Shown one piece after another: positions 13,699 to 26,327 of a stretch of 64,000 nucleotides of DNA; the stretch's first letter is position 1; every line of letters begins with the position of its first letter. This DNA comes from Antedon mediterranea. Taxonomy: Eukaryota; Animalia; Echinodermata. The DNA is taken from NCBI RefSeq assembly GCF_964355755.1, contig NC_092672.1:15128001-15192000 (forward strand), in the 5' to 3' direction. The translations under genes and the position numbers were made by a program. Below the pieces are notes generated by a model that ran no database searches, was not told the origin of the DNA, and saw nothing but the letters and a program-made list of their open reading frames with translations.

Positions 13699-14113
13699 TA
13701 TCAAAATAGTATTTTTTAAAGAAAATCGGCCTGTCTTCAAGATTATGATGCTGTACTCGAACTGTTCAACCGGTTTTCAGCCATTAAAAACAGTTATCGT
13801 AGGAGGAGATAGGAAAATGCGAAGCATCCTCGTATTATTGTATGCGGGTATTTTTCACGATGGACATGTATTAGACAGTGTACAGTATACCACGATCGGA
13901 AAACACCCCTATTTGGGGCAAATCGTTGAACCTAAATCCGTTTTAATTGTCAATAACTAATTATCTGACTCAATTTAATTAGTAAACAGGGTTACATCAG
14001 GTGGTTAAAATCAGTACCGAAAGTACAAATCCACTTTATATACCATCGAGTAAACATTCTAGAAGTAACGCGCGATTTACCGAATTTTGCCCTTACGTAA
14101 ATTTATATATAGA
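13699..14113 (-). mobile_element. 5' portion of the same Helitron family as 3316-4628
   Basis: Near-identical to 4219-4628 and ends at the same TCTATATATA terminus. Confidence 0.75.
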
Positions 14114-14258
14114 TATATAATATTAACTATAGAAATTTACTTAGTTGAGCCTCAGAGTGGTCAGTTAATACTAATTTAATGTATGTTGTAAATATAAATC
14201 ATTATTATTAACCACCGGAAATGACTGATGATATGCAATTGCATATCATCAAGTTATC

Positions 14259-14456
14259 TTAAAGCCACATTCCCTAATTGTCGACATTTTGTAAATATAT
14301 ATATTACTTTAAAAACATTAAATCAGGTCATTTCTTGTCTTAAATGTATGTATGTTTAATTACGATAAAAAGAGAAAAACAATGCACTACCCAGTGTAAA
14401 GATAGAATAAATAAATAGGCCTGGTAAACATTGGTAACGTACAAACATTTTATGCT
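14259..14456. mobile_element. Truncated TTAA-type MITE (same family as 43640-45072)
   Basis: TTAAAGCCACATTCCCT start. Shares 'ttaaaaacattaaa.caggtcatt.cttgtcttaaatgta' and 'ctggtaaacattggtaac' with the copies near 43.7 and 44.5 kb. Confidence 0.6.
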
Positions 14457-17170
14457 AGTGATGCATAATTAGTTCATTGAGTACCCTGTGGGACAACCCT
14501 TGGGATACCCCTTGATGGTGATGTGTAGTTAGTTCATTGAGTACCCTGTGAGACAACCCTTGGGATACCCCTTGATGGTGATGTGTAGTTAGTTCATTGA
14601 GTACCCTGTAAGACAACCCTTGGGATACCACTTGATGGTGATGTGTAGTTAGTTCATTGAGTACCCTGTGGGACAACCCTTGGGATACCACTTGATAGTG
14701 ATGTGTAGTTAGTTCATTGAGTACCCTGTGAGACAACCCTTGGGATACCCCTTAATGGTGATGTGTAGTTAGTTCATTGAGTACCCTGTAAGACAACCCT
14801 CATCATACCCCTTGATGGTGATGTGTAGTTAGTTCTTTGAGTACCCTGTAAGACAACCCTTGGGATACCCCTTGATGGTGATGTGTAGTTAGTTCATTGA
14901 GTACCCTGTGAGACAACCCTTTGGATACCCCTTGATGGTGATGTGTAGTTAGTTCATTGAGTACCCTGTAAGACAACCCTCATCATACCCCTTGATGGTG
15001 ATGTGTAGTTAGTTCATTGAGTACCCTGTAAGACAACCCTTGGGATACCACTTGATGGTGATGTGTAGTTAGTTCATTGAGTACCCTGTGAGACAACCCT
15101 TGGGATACCCCTTGATGGTGATGTGTAGTTAGTTCATTGAGTACCCTGTAAGACAACCCTCATCATATACCACTTGATGGTGATGTGTAGTTAGTTCATT
15201 GAGTACCCTGTAAGACAACCCTTGGGATACCCCTTGATGGTGATGTGTAGTTAGTTCATTGAGTACCCTGTAAGACAACCCTCATCATATACCCCTTGAT
15301 GGTGATGTGTAGTTAGTTCATTGAGTACCCTGTAAGACAACCCTTGGGATACCACTTGATGGTGATGTGTAGTTAGTTCATTGAGTACCCTGTAAGACAA
15401 CCCTTGGGATACCTCTTGATGGTGATGTGTAGTTAGTTCATTGAGTACCCTGTAAGACAACCCTTGGGATACCCCTTGATGGTGATGTGTAGTTAGTTCA
15501 TTGAGTACCCTGTAAGACAACCCTTGGGATACCCCTTGATGGTGATGTGTAGTTAGTTCATTGAGTACCCTGTAAGACAACCCTTGGGATACCTCTTGAT
15601 GGTGATGTGTAGTTAGTTCATTGAGTACCCTGTAAGACAACCCTTGGGATACCTCTTGATGGTGATGTGTAGTTAGTTCATTGAGTACCCTGTAAGACAA
15701 CCCTTGGGATACCCCTTGATGGTGATGTGTAGTTAGTTCATTGAGTACCCTGTAAGACAACCCTTGGGATACCCCTTGATGGTGATGTGTAGTTAGTTCA
15801 TTGAGTACCCTGTAAGACAACCCTTGGGATACCTCTTGATGGTGATGTGTAGTTAGTTCATTGAGTACCCTGTAAGACAACCCTTGGGATACCTCTTGAT
15901 GGTGATGTGTAGTTAGTTCATTGAGTACCCTGTGAGACAACCCTTGGGATACCCCTTGATGGTGATGTGTAGTTAGTTCATTGAGTACCCTGTAAGACAA
16001 CCCTCATCATACCCCTTGATGGTGATGTGTAGTTAGTTCTTTGAGTACCCTGTAAGACAACCCTTGGGATACCCCTTGATGGTGATGTGTAGTTAGTTCA
16101 TTGAGTACCCTGTGAGACAACCCTTTGGATACCCCTTGATGGTGATGTGTAGTTAGTTCATTGAGTACCCTGTAAGACAACCCTCATCATACCCCTTGAT
16201 GGTGATGTGTAGTTAGTTCATTGAGTACCCTGTAAGACAACCCTTGGGATACCACTTGATGGTGATGTGTAGTTAGTTCATTGAGTACCCTGTGAGACAA
16301 CCCTTGGGATACCCCTTGATGGTGATGTGTAGTTAGTTCATTGAGTACCCTGTAAGACAACCCTCATCATATACCACTTGATGGTGATGTGTAGTTAGTT
16401 CATTGAGTACCCTGTAAGACAACCCTTGGGATACCCCTTGATGGTGATGTGTAGTTAGTTCATTGAGTACCCTGTAAGACAACCCTCATCATATACCCCT
16501 TGATGGTGATGTGTAGTTAGTTCATTGAGTACCCTGTAAGACAACCCTTGGGATACCACTTGATGGTGATGTGTAGTTAGTTCATTGAGTACCCTGTAAG
16601 ACAACCCTTGGGATACCTCTTGATGGTGATGTGTAGTTAGTTCATTGAGTACCCTGTAAGACAACCCTTGGGATACCCCTTGATGGTGATGTGTAGTTAG
16701 TTCATTGAGTACCCTGTAAGACAACCCTTGGGATACCCCTTGATGGTGATGTGTAGTTAGTTCATTGAGTACCCTGTAAGACAACCCTTGGGATACCTCT
16801 TGATGGTGATGTGTAGTTAGTTCATTGAGTACCCTGTAAGACAACCCTTGGGATACCTCTTGATGGTGATGTGTAGTTAGTTCATTGAGTACCCTGTAAG
16901 ACAACCCTTGGGATACCCCTTGATGGTGATGTGTAGTTAGTTCATTGAGTACCCTGTAAGACAACCCTTGGGATACCCCTTGATGGTGATGTGTAGTTAG
17001 TTCATTGAGTACCCTGTGAGACAACCCTTGAGATACCACTTGATAGTGATGTGTAGTTAGTTCATTGAGTACCCTGTGAGACAACCCTCATCATACCACT
17101 TGATGGTAATGTGTAGTTAGTTCATTAGGTACCCTGTGAGACAACCATTGGAGTACCCCTTGATGGTGAC
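14457..17170. repeat. 60-bp minisatellite, about 45 copies, with a higher-order duplication
   Basis: Unit GTGATGTGTAGTTAGTTCATTGAGTACCCTGTAAGACAACCCTTGGGATACCCCTTGATG. The variant pattern recurs at a 1204-bp offset. Confidence 0.95.
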
Positions 17171-18744
17171 GTGTTCATTTTCAAGTTCAAGAATATAGGG
17201 AGGAGTGTGCGAGAATTCGCCCACCTCTGGATTCTCTTTACAAAGTTTCTGACCTAATGACACATTTATATAGATCATACAGCTCATATACATCCTAAAT
17301 GATAGTGGCAGTGTATTTATTCAGACATCCTAAATAAATTTCTAGATCAGCCAGATGCAAAATAAAAAAGAAATCTGTTAATTTGCATACTGACATTACG
17401 ATCTATCTACATTGCCATTATTAGGTCTTTACATTTTGTGTATATGAATAAATGTAATAATAATATGAACATACACGTGATATCATGTGTTGTATTGGCA
17501 AAGGGATGATCAGTATTAATACTGCAGTTGAGTCCCAAGGTTAGAAATTTTCTTTAAAAAATTAGTAAGAATAATATTTAACCAAAATTTGATAGATGGC
17601 CTGGCAACAAGTTATCATGCCATCCATGTTGTCCATTTCAAATCACTAGAGGACAAATTTACTGAAAAGATGATAGTAATGCAGCTTTACTATTCCATTT
17701 GTAATTAACCTTTTAATATTTAATTGTACCATATTTTCCCTACATTTCAAATATTGATAGCCTAATCAGAAATGTTATCAGCTATTCTACATGTAAATTT
17801 TTATCTATTAAAATAATTTGAGTTTGGAATTTGTTTTTACGGTAATAATTTGTATTTGTTACAGACTGAATTCTATTCAATAATAGTACTATATCATCAC
17901 ATTATTATTATTTTCTGAAATGGCAGAACATTGTATTATATTAGGTCTATGTTGTGAAATTATATTTATAAATACTGTTTTCTGTCTTCTACTACTACTG
18001 CTCCTCCTACTACATGGAAATAAAGTCAAAATATTCAGATTAACCCTTTGAAGACTTGGCCCGTATTCTTGTTTAGCCTTAGGGTGCGTTTATACAACAC
18101 GCTATTACACGCATATTCAACACGCCTACGAGAAGTGTGTTGTATAACATCAAAGAGATTCTTTGTAATGAGATTTTAATTGCAAAAAAGGCTACTTGGC
18201 TGAATCCTAAAATTTTGTGGATTCCCGGTTGCTGTTGCCGTGTTGGAAGTGTCCTCAGGTATTGTTTTGACCTCTCGTTAAATAAAAGTATCATATGTGC
18301 TGTGAAAATGTTGACCAAATCTAGTAGATAATTGTGCTTTTTTGGGGTATTTTAACCGATTTAGCACTCAACATTAACGCTAATCAAATGTTGGCATAAT
18401 TTGGAAAAATGTAGCATAGTTTTATCCTAATTCTAAAACAATTTTTTTTAATTTCAAAAGCAGATTCAAAAAACCAATAACTGAATAAACTAAATTTTAA
18501 ACGAAATCATCCTTTATTAAAATCCTTAATAAACTCATATTAATTCATAATGCATGTAAGTATATACAACTTAGGATTATGAACTGCGGTATAACACGGT
18601 ATTACGATTTAATGTATAACTGCAAGGTTTTTGTGGGGTTGACCTCGGCCCGTGCAACACGCTAAAAATTAAAGATGTGTTTAAATTTAGGGTGTTGTAT
18701 AAACACAGCCTAAGTCACTTGGGGTAGAAACCTCCCGTCTTTAA

Positions 18745-21100
18745 AGTGGAGGTGCTCTAAAAAAATTTCACATTTTTATTTTATTCAGTTCGTAATAAAC
18801 ATTACTTTCATCTAAATTAAGGTATTTTTTTAATTTGTTGTATGCTGCATGGTTATTCTGAAAAACATCAAAAAATGCCATCTGGGGGGATAGTTCAAAT
18901 TACAAACCTTTTTCCCTATTCATTTGCCTGTAAATTGAAAAAAAATGATGCGTTTTAAAAAAAAGTTCCAGAAATATTATGCGTATATGTTTTCAGATTC
19001 TTCGGATTCCCGATGTGTTTTTAAGGGCTTGACCAATTTATTTTTGCGTAATTAACGTAATTAAAAAAACTACTTACTTGAGCCAAGTGGGTAATTTTTA
19101 CTTTCTAGGGAGTCAATCAATTTACGCATGCGCGACCTTTCGGCTTTCTTTACTCAGCTGCCTCTCCGGACTCTCGATCCTCCTCGCGCTCGACTTGATC
19201 GATCTCCTCGACTCGATAAACTAGGATATAAAATACATACGAATAATAAGTCTACGGTAATTAAGATTAAGAATAAAGATTGTTTTGCGCAGTGGCGTAT
19301 CCAGGATTTTGAAGTTGGGGTGGGGCCAGGAATTGCCAATTTGCCGACAAAATTAGTGTCATTATCTGTACATACACCTGATCAATATATGTTCTAGGAT
19401 TGCATAATCATATTGTCTTATATGGGATAACGATGCAAAATTAAAACCAAACCAACATTATCTGTTAGTATGTTGTATTCATATTACAATAAAGAAAGAA
19501 TTAGGAAAATCTGACTTGTAGTTTTCGAATTATAGGGTCTAAGACATCGCCGAAAATGATCGTTTTAACCACGAAAGAATTAAGTAAAACAAATTGAGGC
19601 CTCAGTCGACAATTCTATTAACTACGCCATTTTTGATTAAAATAATTACAAATAATTACGTTTTTTTAGTAATTTATTTTATATATCACCATTGGAAATA
19701 TCAATAAAACATGTTATTAAATGCTTATAAAATATTATAAAGTTGTTTACTTAACGGAATTCGGACAAATTCATTGCTCTAACTTTGTGTAGCAACGATC
19801 AGAGAGATTCATGGTACACGCGCGAGAGAAAACATTCCGCTGCAGGTGATTCGCATCCACCAATCAAATCAGCCAGAATCCTAAATCATTCAACCGTGAG
19901 CAATGCCAATCACGAGAAAGCTCAGCTTTGAGTGGCTTACGATGACATCATATCACAAAATGGTGGTTTTGTAGCCTCACAGAATATTCTGTTCCAAAAG
20001 TGAAACACATGGATATTTTTTTATGGTATGTGTGCTTTTTCTTTAAAAAATTTGAATAATAAAGGCCTCATATCGAGAAAAACACAGGTTTTTGGCACTT
20101 ATAATAAATATATCTTAGAGAAAAAAGCACATGGCATGTGGAACTATGTAATCTTAGTGTAGGAACCATACAAATCCCAGGTCATGAGAGGCTCAACTGC
20201 AAAAACAAGGTTAAATAGGGTAAGTTAAAGACTTTTGAGTAAACAATCTAGCGCGATCAATATGATATGTAAATAACAAACACTCAAAAGAATTATGTTT
20301 ACAGTTCAATTATTGTAATAATAATAGTTTATTCTTATTTGCCTAACTTTATTTTTTTCCCCAGCACCTTTGTTTGCCCGGGCGCGCGCCCTCCCCCCCC
20401 CCCCTCTCACTGGATATGCCACTGGTTTTGTGTGGTTATTTGAAAAGATAGACGGATCAAACTGCAATGTTTATTCATGGAGGTATAAATTACCTCTATG
20501 GTTTAATTGTAGGCCTAGACCAGAAAGACATGGTTATGCGTTTGAACCAGAACCTAGGCCCATGCAATCATCACAAACTGCCGACGGCGAAGATATAAAT
20601 CAGACTAGGCCAGGCCCCAGCAACAGAGAGACGAATGGAGATTAACCTCACTAACTTGATTGATATCTCTATGTGACTTGTTATGGCACTTATATACCAT
20701 ACAGTGCTTCATTTTGAAGCTAAGAGTAGACACAAAAAGTAATAACAAAAGGCAAGACAATAATAAATTGTGTTCGTTCGATGGATGTGGGTGAATGTCT
20801 ATTAACGAGCGAGCAGGGAGACGAAATTATACACGTGTAGTTAGCGCGTCTCTTCAGCTCGAGCGAATCGCCAAGAGATGAGGAGACGTGACGTAACATA
20901 TCATGGTAACGTGACCTTTACAACTAAGGTCATTACCTAACTGCTGAAAAAAATATACAGCGATTTTTCGATATTTTTAAACATTTTTTTATTTTTGTGA
21001 TTTTAAAGAAACTGCTTATTTTGATATGATTTTTTATGTTAGTACCTATTAATATACTGAAGTAAATAACAGAAGGAAAAGCCCTGAGTACACCTCCACT
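18745..21100. mobile_element. Non-autonomous DNA transposon with TTAA TSD (Kolobok-like termini)
   Basis: TTAA|AGTGGAGGTG ... CACCTCCACT|TTAA. Confidence 0.7.
19290..20424. mobile_element. hAT-like MITE nested in the TTAA element
   Basis: TIRs CAGTGGCGTATCCAG / CTGGATATGCCACTG. 8-bp TSD GTTTTGCG / GTTTTGTG with one CpG-type change. Confidence 0.78.
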
Positions 21101-23745
21101 TTAAAGGGTTAAAGTCTTAGATTAGTCTAGGTTCCTGTTCTAGACAAATTTTTCACCCATTTACATACAATTTTATCAACGATTTTACTGACAATTCTTG
21201 AATTTTTACATAACTTTTTCAATTTTCATGTGGGCCTGGCTGCGTGTGGTCAGCCTTGGTTTTATAAAACTTCATGTCGAATAATTTTGTTAAAGGACAC
21301 CCCTAGATACCCGGAAATGGTACACTCGCATGTAAAATTCATGTACATCGATATATAAGAACTTTAACTATGTAGATTGTCAGAGAGGTAATGGACATGT
21401 GGAGGGTTCGCTGTAGATTAATGGGGTTTGTTGTAAAAACGCCTGGCTATGGGTTTATAGAAAGTTACAAATTCAAATTTGTACACCTAGATATTATCTA
21501 GGTGTACAATTAAAGTAGTGCCACTCTCAGATAGAAAAATTGTTTTTTTTTGTGTATCTCAAATATAATAATACAGTTTAATTATATATGAAAAAACCTC
21601 AATTCTTAAAATGTTTATTGAACAGCCACAAACACTCAAACGCAGATTGTTGATTATATTTATTTATATATATCTTTATTTGAATTGACTTTTTGTACAT
21701 ACATTGTTATTATTATGAAACCAGCCATCTAATGTGATACGTTTGACTTGTGCCAAATCTTTTTGTTTGCGTTTTCTTCCTTTCTCCTTTCTCTTGAGGA
21801 GAATCGATGTCGAAAATAATGCGTAAAAAGTTTGATATGCGGCCTCTGTAGTATGTGAAATGATCTATTTTTAGAAGTTTAACTAGAGATCATGATGTCA
21901 CCTCACGATGCTCTTTGATTGGCCAGCTTTGACATTCGTATGCCAATCGTAATATAGCTCTAGGAGCCGGGGGCCGGTTGGGGGAAAAAAATCGTCTTGG
22001 GGAAATTTTCTTTTTAGATGCCCGGAGATAGCATCTGAGGTGTTTGGCCGGTCTATTCTTGTCATATAATCCAGTCACATGAATTTTGTGACCTTTGACC
22101 ACAATTACGCATTGATTCTGTTAGCAATCGTCGTTTGATATGGTTTTTTTATATGATATTTTATATTCTGAATATGACTGTAATTTCGCTATTTAGCTTT
22201 AGCATATTTTAGCCATGTAGACTGTACCAAAAGGGGAATTTTTTTATAGACTACCATATACATTTAATAATTTAAACTGTAATCATTTTAATATTTTTAC
22301 TGATGGTCATTTCAAAGAACCTGTTTGATTAATCTACAGTATTTATTATTGTTATTATTATAATCTTCACTATTATGGTCATCATCTTAAATTTTCTCAT
22401 TTTCACAGATCCTTATCTGTATAGTTTCAAATTGATTAATACATTTTCAGTATATCATATCTAATATTTGGCTGTTGTGTTTATATAATATATATAAATA
22501 TATTTAGATCACCTGGATAGAGTGCTCAATACACAGAGGTAGAGTTAAATATATAAAACGATACATACCTATTTATTCACTACAAGCTTGTTTTATATGG
22601 CCAGCAAAGTGGTTATTTATATATGTATACATAAGTATATTATATTGTTACTTGTTTTTTATTTTGAATTTTGTTATGTATCATATAGTGGTAATTATTG
22701 CTGTTGGTTTTGAATGAAAAAAGAAAAATAGAAAGGGTTTATACATTTGTTTGCTATTCTGTATATAATTTGACAGACAAGAACAAATTCTGAACGACCC
22801 AGTGATATACTGAAAGTTAATTAATGAAGAAAATATATTTTTTGTATTATAAATGTAGGCTAGCAAATCTTTCATGAAAACTAATCTTGCACATATTATG
22901 GAAATGCATAGATTAATTTAGTCCATTCAAGGTTGTCCTTTCACATTCATTACTAAATGGGGATTACTTGAAATAATTGATGTAACAGAGTCAGAGTCAA
23001 TTGTAAGCCATTAGCTGAGTGGCTAATTCATATTCTAATATTTCCGCGCCGCACCTTTAGGCAGTTATATTCACGGAGGACGGAAACATTAGGATACTGT
23101 ATCACGCAGAAGCTTATACTTACTATGGCTGAAAAAATGGGTATTTAGAAACTCAGACTGGACATTCGCAAACCCCAAAGCACGTCTGGGAGAAGACAGT
23201 CTATGAAATGAAATGTATGCAGACAGTAGTCTGTGAGACCTGTTCAATGTCTTCCATTTGGCTGTCAATATTGCTAAAACAATCCTTCCTCTAGTATGTT
23301 TGTCAGCGACTGGGAAATTAGAAATTGTGTTTACTGGATGGAATGTTGGGGTATGGGAGTCACTACGACCTTAGGGAGTAACGCCTCTACCCTGGAATAT
23401 GTACAGTACTATAGTTTAGTTTAGGACTTTTAGGACTTCGTTTATATTCAGATAAAGATATTTACTACAGTACTGATATTAAACAAAATTAAATGATAAT
23501 AAATCATTATTTTTTATATTAAATAGAACATCAATAAAAAAAACATCATGGCGTTTTTTGTTTTGTTTTACATACCTTGATGAAATTACTAATAAATTAC
23601 TAATATTTGTATTTTAGTAATAGTTTTACTTTTTATCAAATGATTTCCATCTATTTAAGATTATTGTTGAGTTTGGAATTTCTTAATTAGGCCTAATGAA
23701 GTGAACCTAACTTGCTGTTGGATTTGTTATCATCATCTTTAAATT

Positions 23746-24411
23746 TATGGAACGCCTCCTCTGCCTTCAGTTCACATTTATCATGCAGTACACACCAATC
23801 GTCATGCATGCAGTACACACCAATGGTCATGCAGTAAACACCAATCGTCATGCAGTACACACCAAACATCATGCAGTACACACCAATCGTCATGCAGTAC
23901 ACACCAAACGTCATGCAGTACACACCAATTGTCATGCTGTACACACCAATCGTAATGCAGTACACACCAAACATCATGCAGTACACACCAATGGTCATAA
24001 ACATCACGTGGTATTTGATTTTATCGATAGTTACCAGTATAAATTACGCAGTATTTCACTGCATGACGATTGGTGTGTACTGCATGACGATGGTGTGTAC
24101 TGCATGACCATTGGTGTATACTGCATGACCATTGGTGTGTACTGTATGCACGACTGCATGACCATTGGTGTGTACTGCATGATGTTTGGTGTGTACTGCA
24201 TGACGATTGGTGTGTACTGCATGACAATTGGTGTGTACTGCATGACGTTTGGTGTGTACTGCATGACGATTGGTGTGTACTGCATGACGATTGGTGTGTA
24301 CTGCATGACGATTGGTGTGTACTGCATGACGATTGGTGTGTACTGCATGCATGACGATCGGGTGTGTACTGCATGATAAATGTGAACTGAAGGCAGAGGA
24401 GGCGTTCCATA
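23746..24411. mobile_element. Foldback element: inverted arms built of 21-bp tandem repeats, 6-bp TSD
   Basis: TATGGAACGCCTCCTCTGCCTTCAGTTCACATTTATC occurs at both ends in inverted orientation. Arms are (CATGCAGTACACACCAATCGT)n and its reverse complement around a ~55-bp spacer. TAAATT flanks both sides (23740-23745, 24412-24417). Confidence 0.85.
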
Positions 24412-24665
24412 TAAATTAGAGACTATTTGTATGATACGCTTTGTTAATCAATGGTTTCCTCAAAATATAAGTTTGTGATGACCATCGCATGAGAAACCTT
24501 TACTAATGTGAAGTGTATATTAGATGTAATTAGCATAGGTTATAATTCTCTGTTTATTTTTGCTGTTTATTATACCGACTCAAGCTGCTTGAATTTAGAA
24601 TTAAAAAACAGATCATTTCAACATTATTAGATCTTGTTTGAAGAATAATACATTAGTACAAAATA

Positions 24666-25125
24666 GTGGCTCTAGATTTAATTAAGGTATACTATATTAA
24701 TATACAGGATGACATACTAGTATATCTGCCAGAAGGGTTATCATGCATTTCTTTTGTCCCACTCCCCCAAATATTTTTTTATTTAGTGAAACTAGACTAA
24801 TGGTGGAGCTGAAGTGGAAAGTAGGTAAAAATAACATTAACACTCCCGTGTTCAATATAGTGCCATTATTTTCGGGCATTATTCCTAAATATGTTCTCGC
24901 CTCATGGCTCGAGATTTAATTAGGGTATACTATATATCATACAGGATGACATACTACAGTCTATCTACCTGAAGGTTTATCATGCACCTCCCTCATCTCC
25001 CCACCCACCCTCTAATGTTTTTTTATTTATTCTCACTAGACTAAAGTGGAGAGTGGGTAGAAATAACATTCACACTCTCGTGTTCAATAAAGAGTTCCAT
25101 TATTTTCGGGTATTATTCCTGTTCT
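24666..25125. repeat. Diverged local tandem duplication, period about 238 bp
   Basis: 'tggctc.agatttaatta.ggtatactatat...atacaggatgacatacta' begins near 24666 and again near 24904, with colinear downstream sequence. Confidence 0.7.
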
Positions 25126-26327
25126 CACCAGCCTGAATGTAGGAGTGCTTTAAAATATATTTTTCAACAATTTTATCAAATCCATTCTATGTAGTGTCTC
25201 GTTTGGCACACCATAGTTAATTGTTAGTAATCAAGCAATAAATAGAAGTAGTTGTTTACAAAATCATGTTTTTTATTTTATTCATTCGACACATTACACT
25301 ATAAGCAAAGAGTAAAGAGGTTTTGAAAATAGAAATAGAGAAAAGATGCTACAAAAGGTCAATCAAATATTAATAGTGGCACTCTATGTAATTAATATTT
25401 TACAGAATAAAGCACATTGCTCATTATATATTTATTATAATTATAATTTCATACAGTAAAATGAATGATATTGATGAGGATGATGTACATATTAATAGTT
25501 TAGTAGGTACCTTTATAGCTGAATGCCATCTGTAATTTGTCTAAAATTCGTCTTTCCAACTATATAGGTTGGATTAAATCTTTTGTGATAAATATGTGAT
25601 CTATTTTTTAACAAATGACAATAATATATCAGCAGAAGTATAATTCTTCATGAAAAGTTGCTAGTTGCACCTACAGTTACATAAAGCTTCATTACAAGTT
25701 TATTTTTAGGACTTTTATCACAACAAAAGATTTATGAAATAGTTAATTGGATTGCAAAAGAAATTAAAGTTGTAGATCTGATGTAAATAAATCATAATAA
25801 TAAATTAATCATGGTTTTTTATTTTTGAAAAATTTCAGATTGTGAAAAAATAAAATAAACAAATATAAGTTTAATTAATTGTTTGTCTTATGCTTGTTAT
25901 ATCCATTTATTGTCTCATGTAAATATAATAATAATTCATATAGCACCAATTTCAAAAAGATGATCAAAGGCGCATTGTATCCAAAAATTTGCTAAATAAT
26001 AATTTATCTTAAATGAGTAAAAAGTGGGCGAAAGTTTTACAAAAGAAGCGTCCATCGTAAGTCTTAGTGCGGAAACAGGCAGCAGATACCAATGATTTTT
26101 TAAAGAAGAAGAAGGCGACGAACAAATTGGGTGATTTAGGATGGACGGGAAAAAACTAAAGCTTTAAATATAGAGCACTAAAACTAATTTTCTTGCATAA
26201 AGTAAATGTTTCTTTTGTCCTATTACAGTAAAAGCACTGAAAAATGTTTTTTATCTATCAAATTTAATAATGTATTTTACAAAAGACGTAACTCAGCAGA
26301 TAATAATTGAGAAACAAACTCTGGTGG

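Noticed and set aside
14457-17170. CRISPR-like array, or a His-rich repeat protein (HHHQGVSQGLSYRVLNELTT)n
   Set aside because: There are no unique spacers and no cas genes, and the context is eukaryotic. The ORFs use non-ATG starts and are broken by variant monomers.
23693-24410. Six overlapping repetitive ORFs
   Set aside because: Artefacts of a 21-bp repeat with few stop codons.
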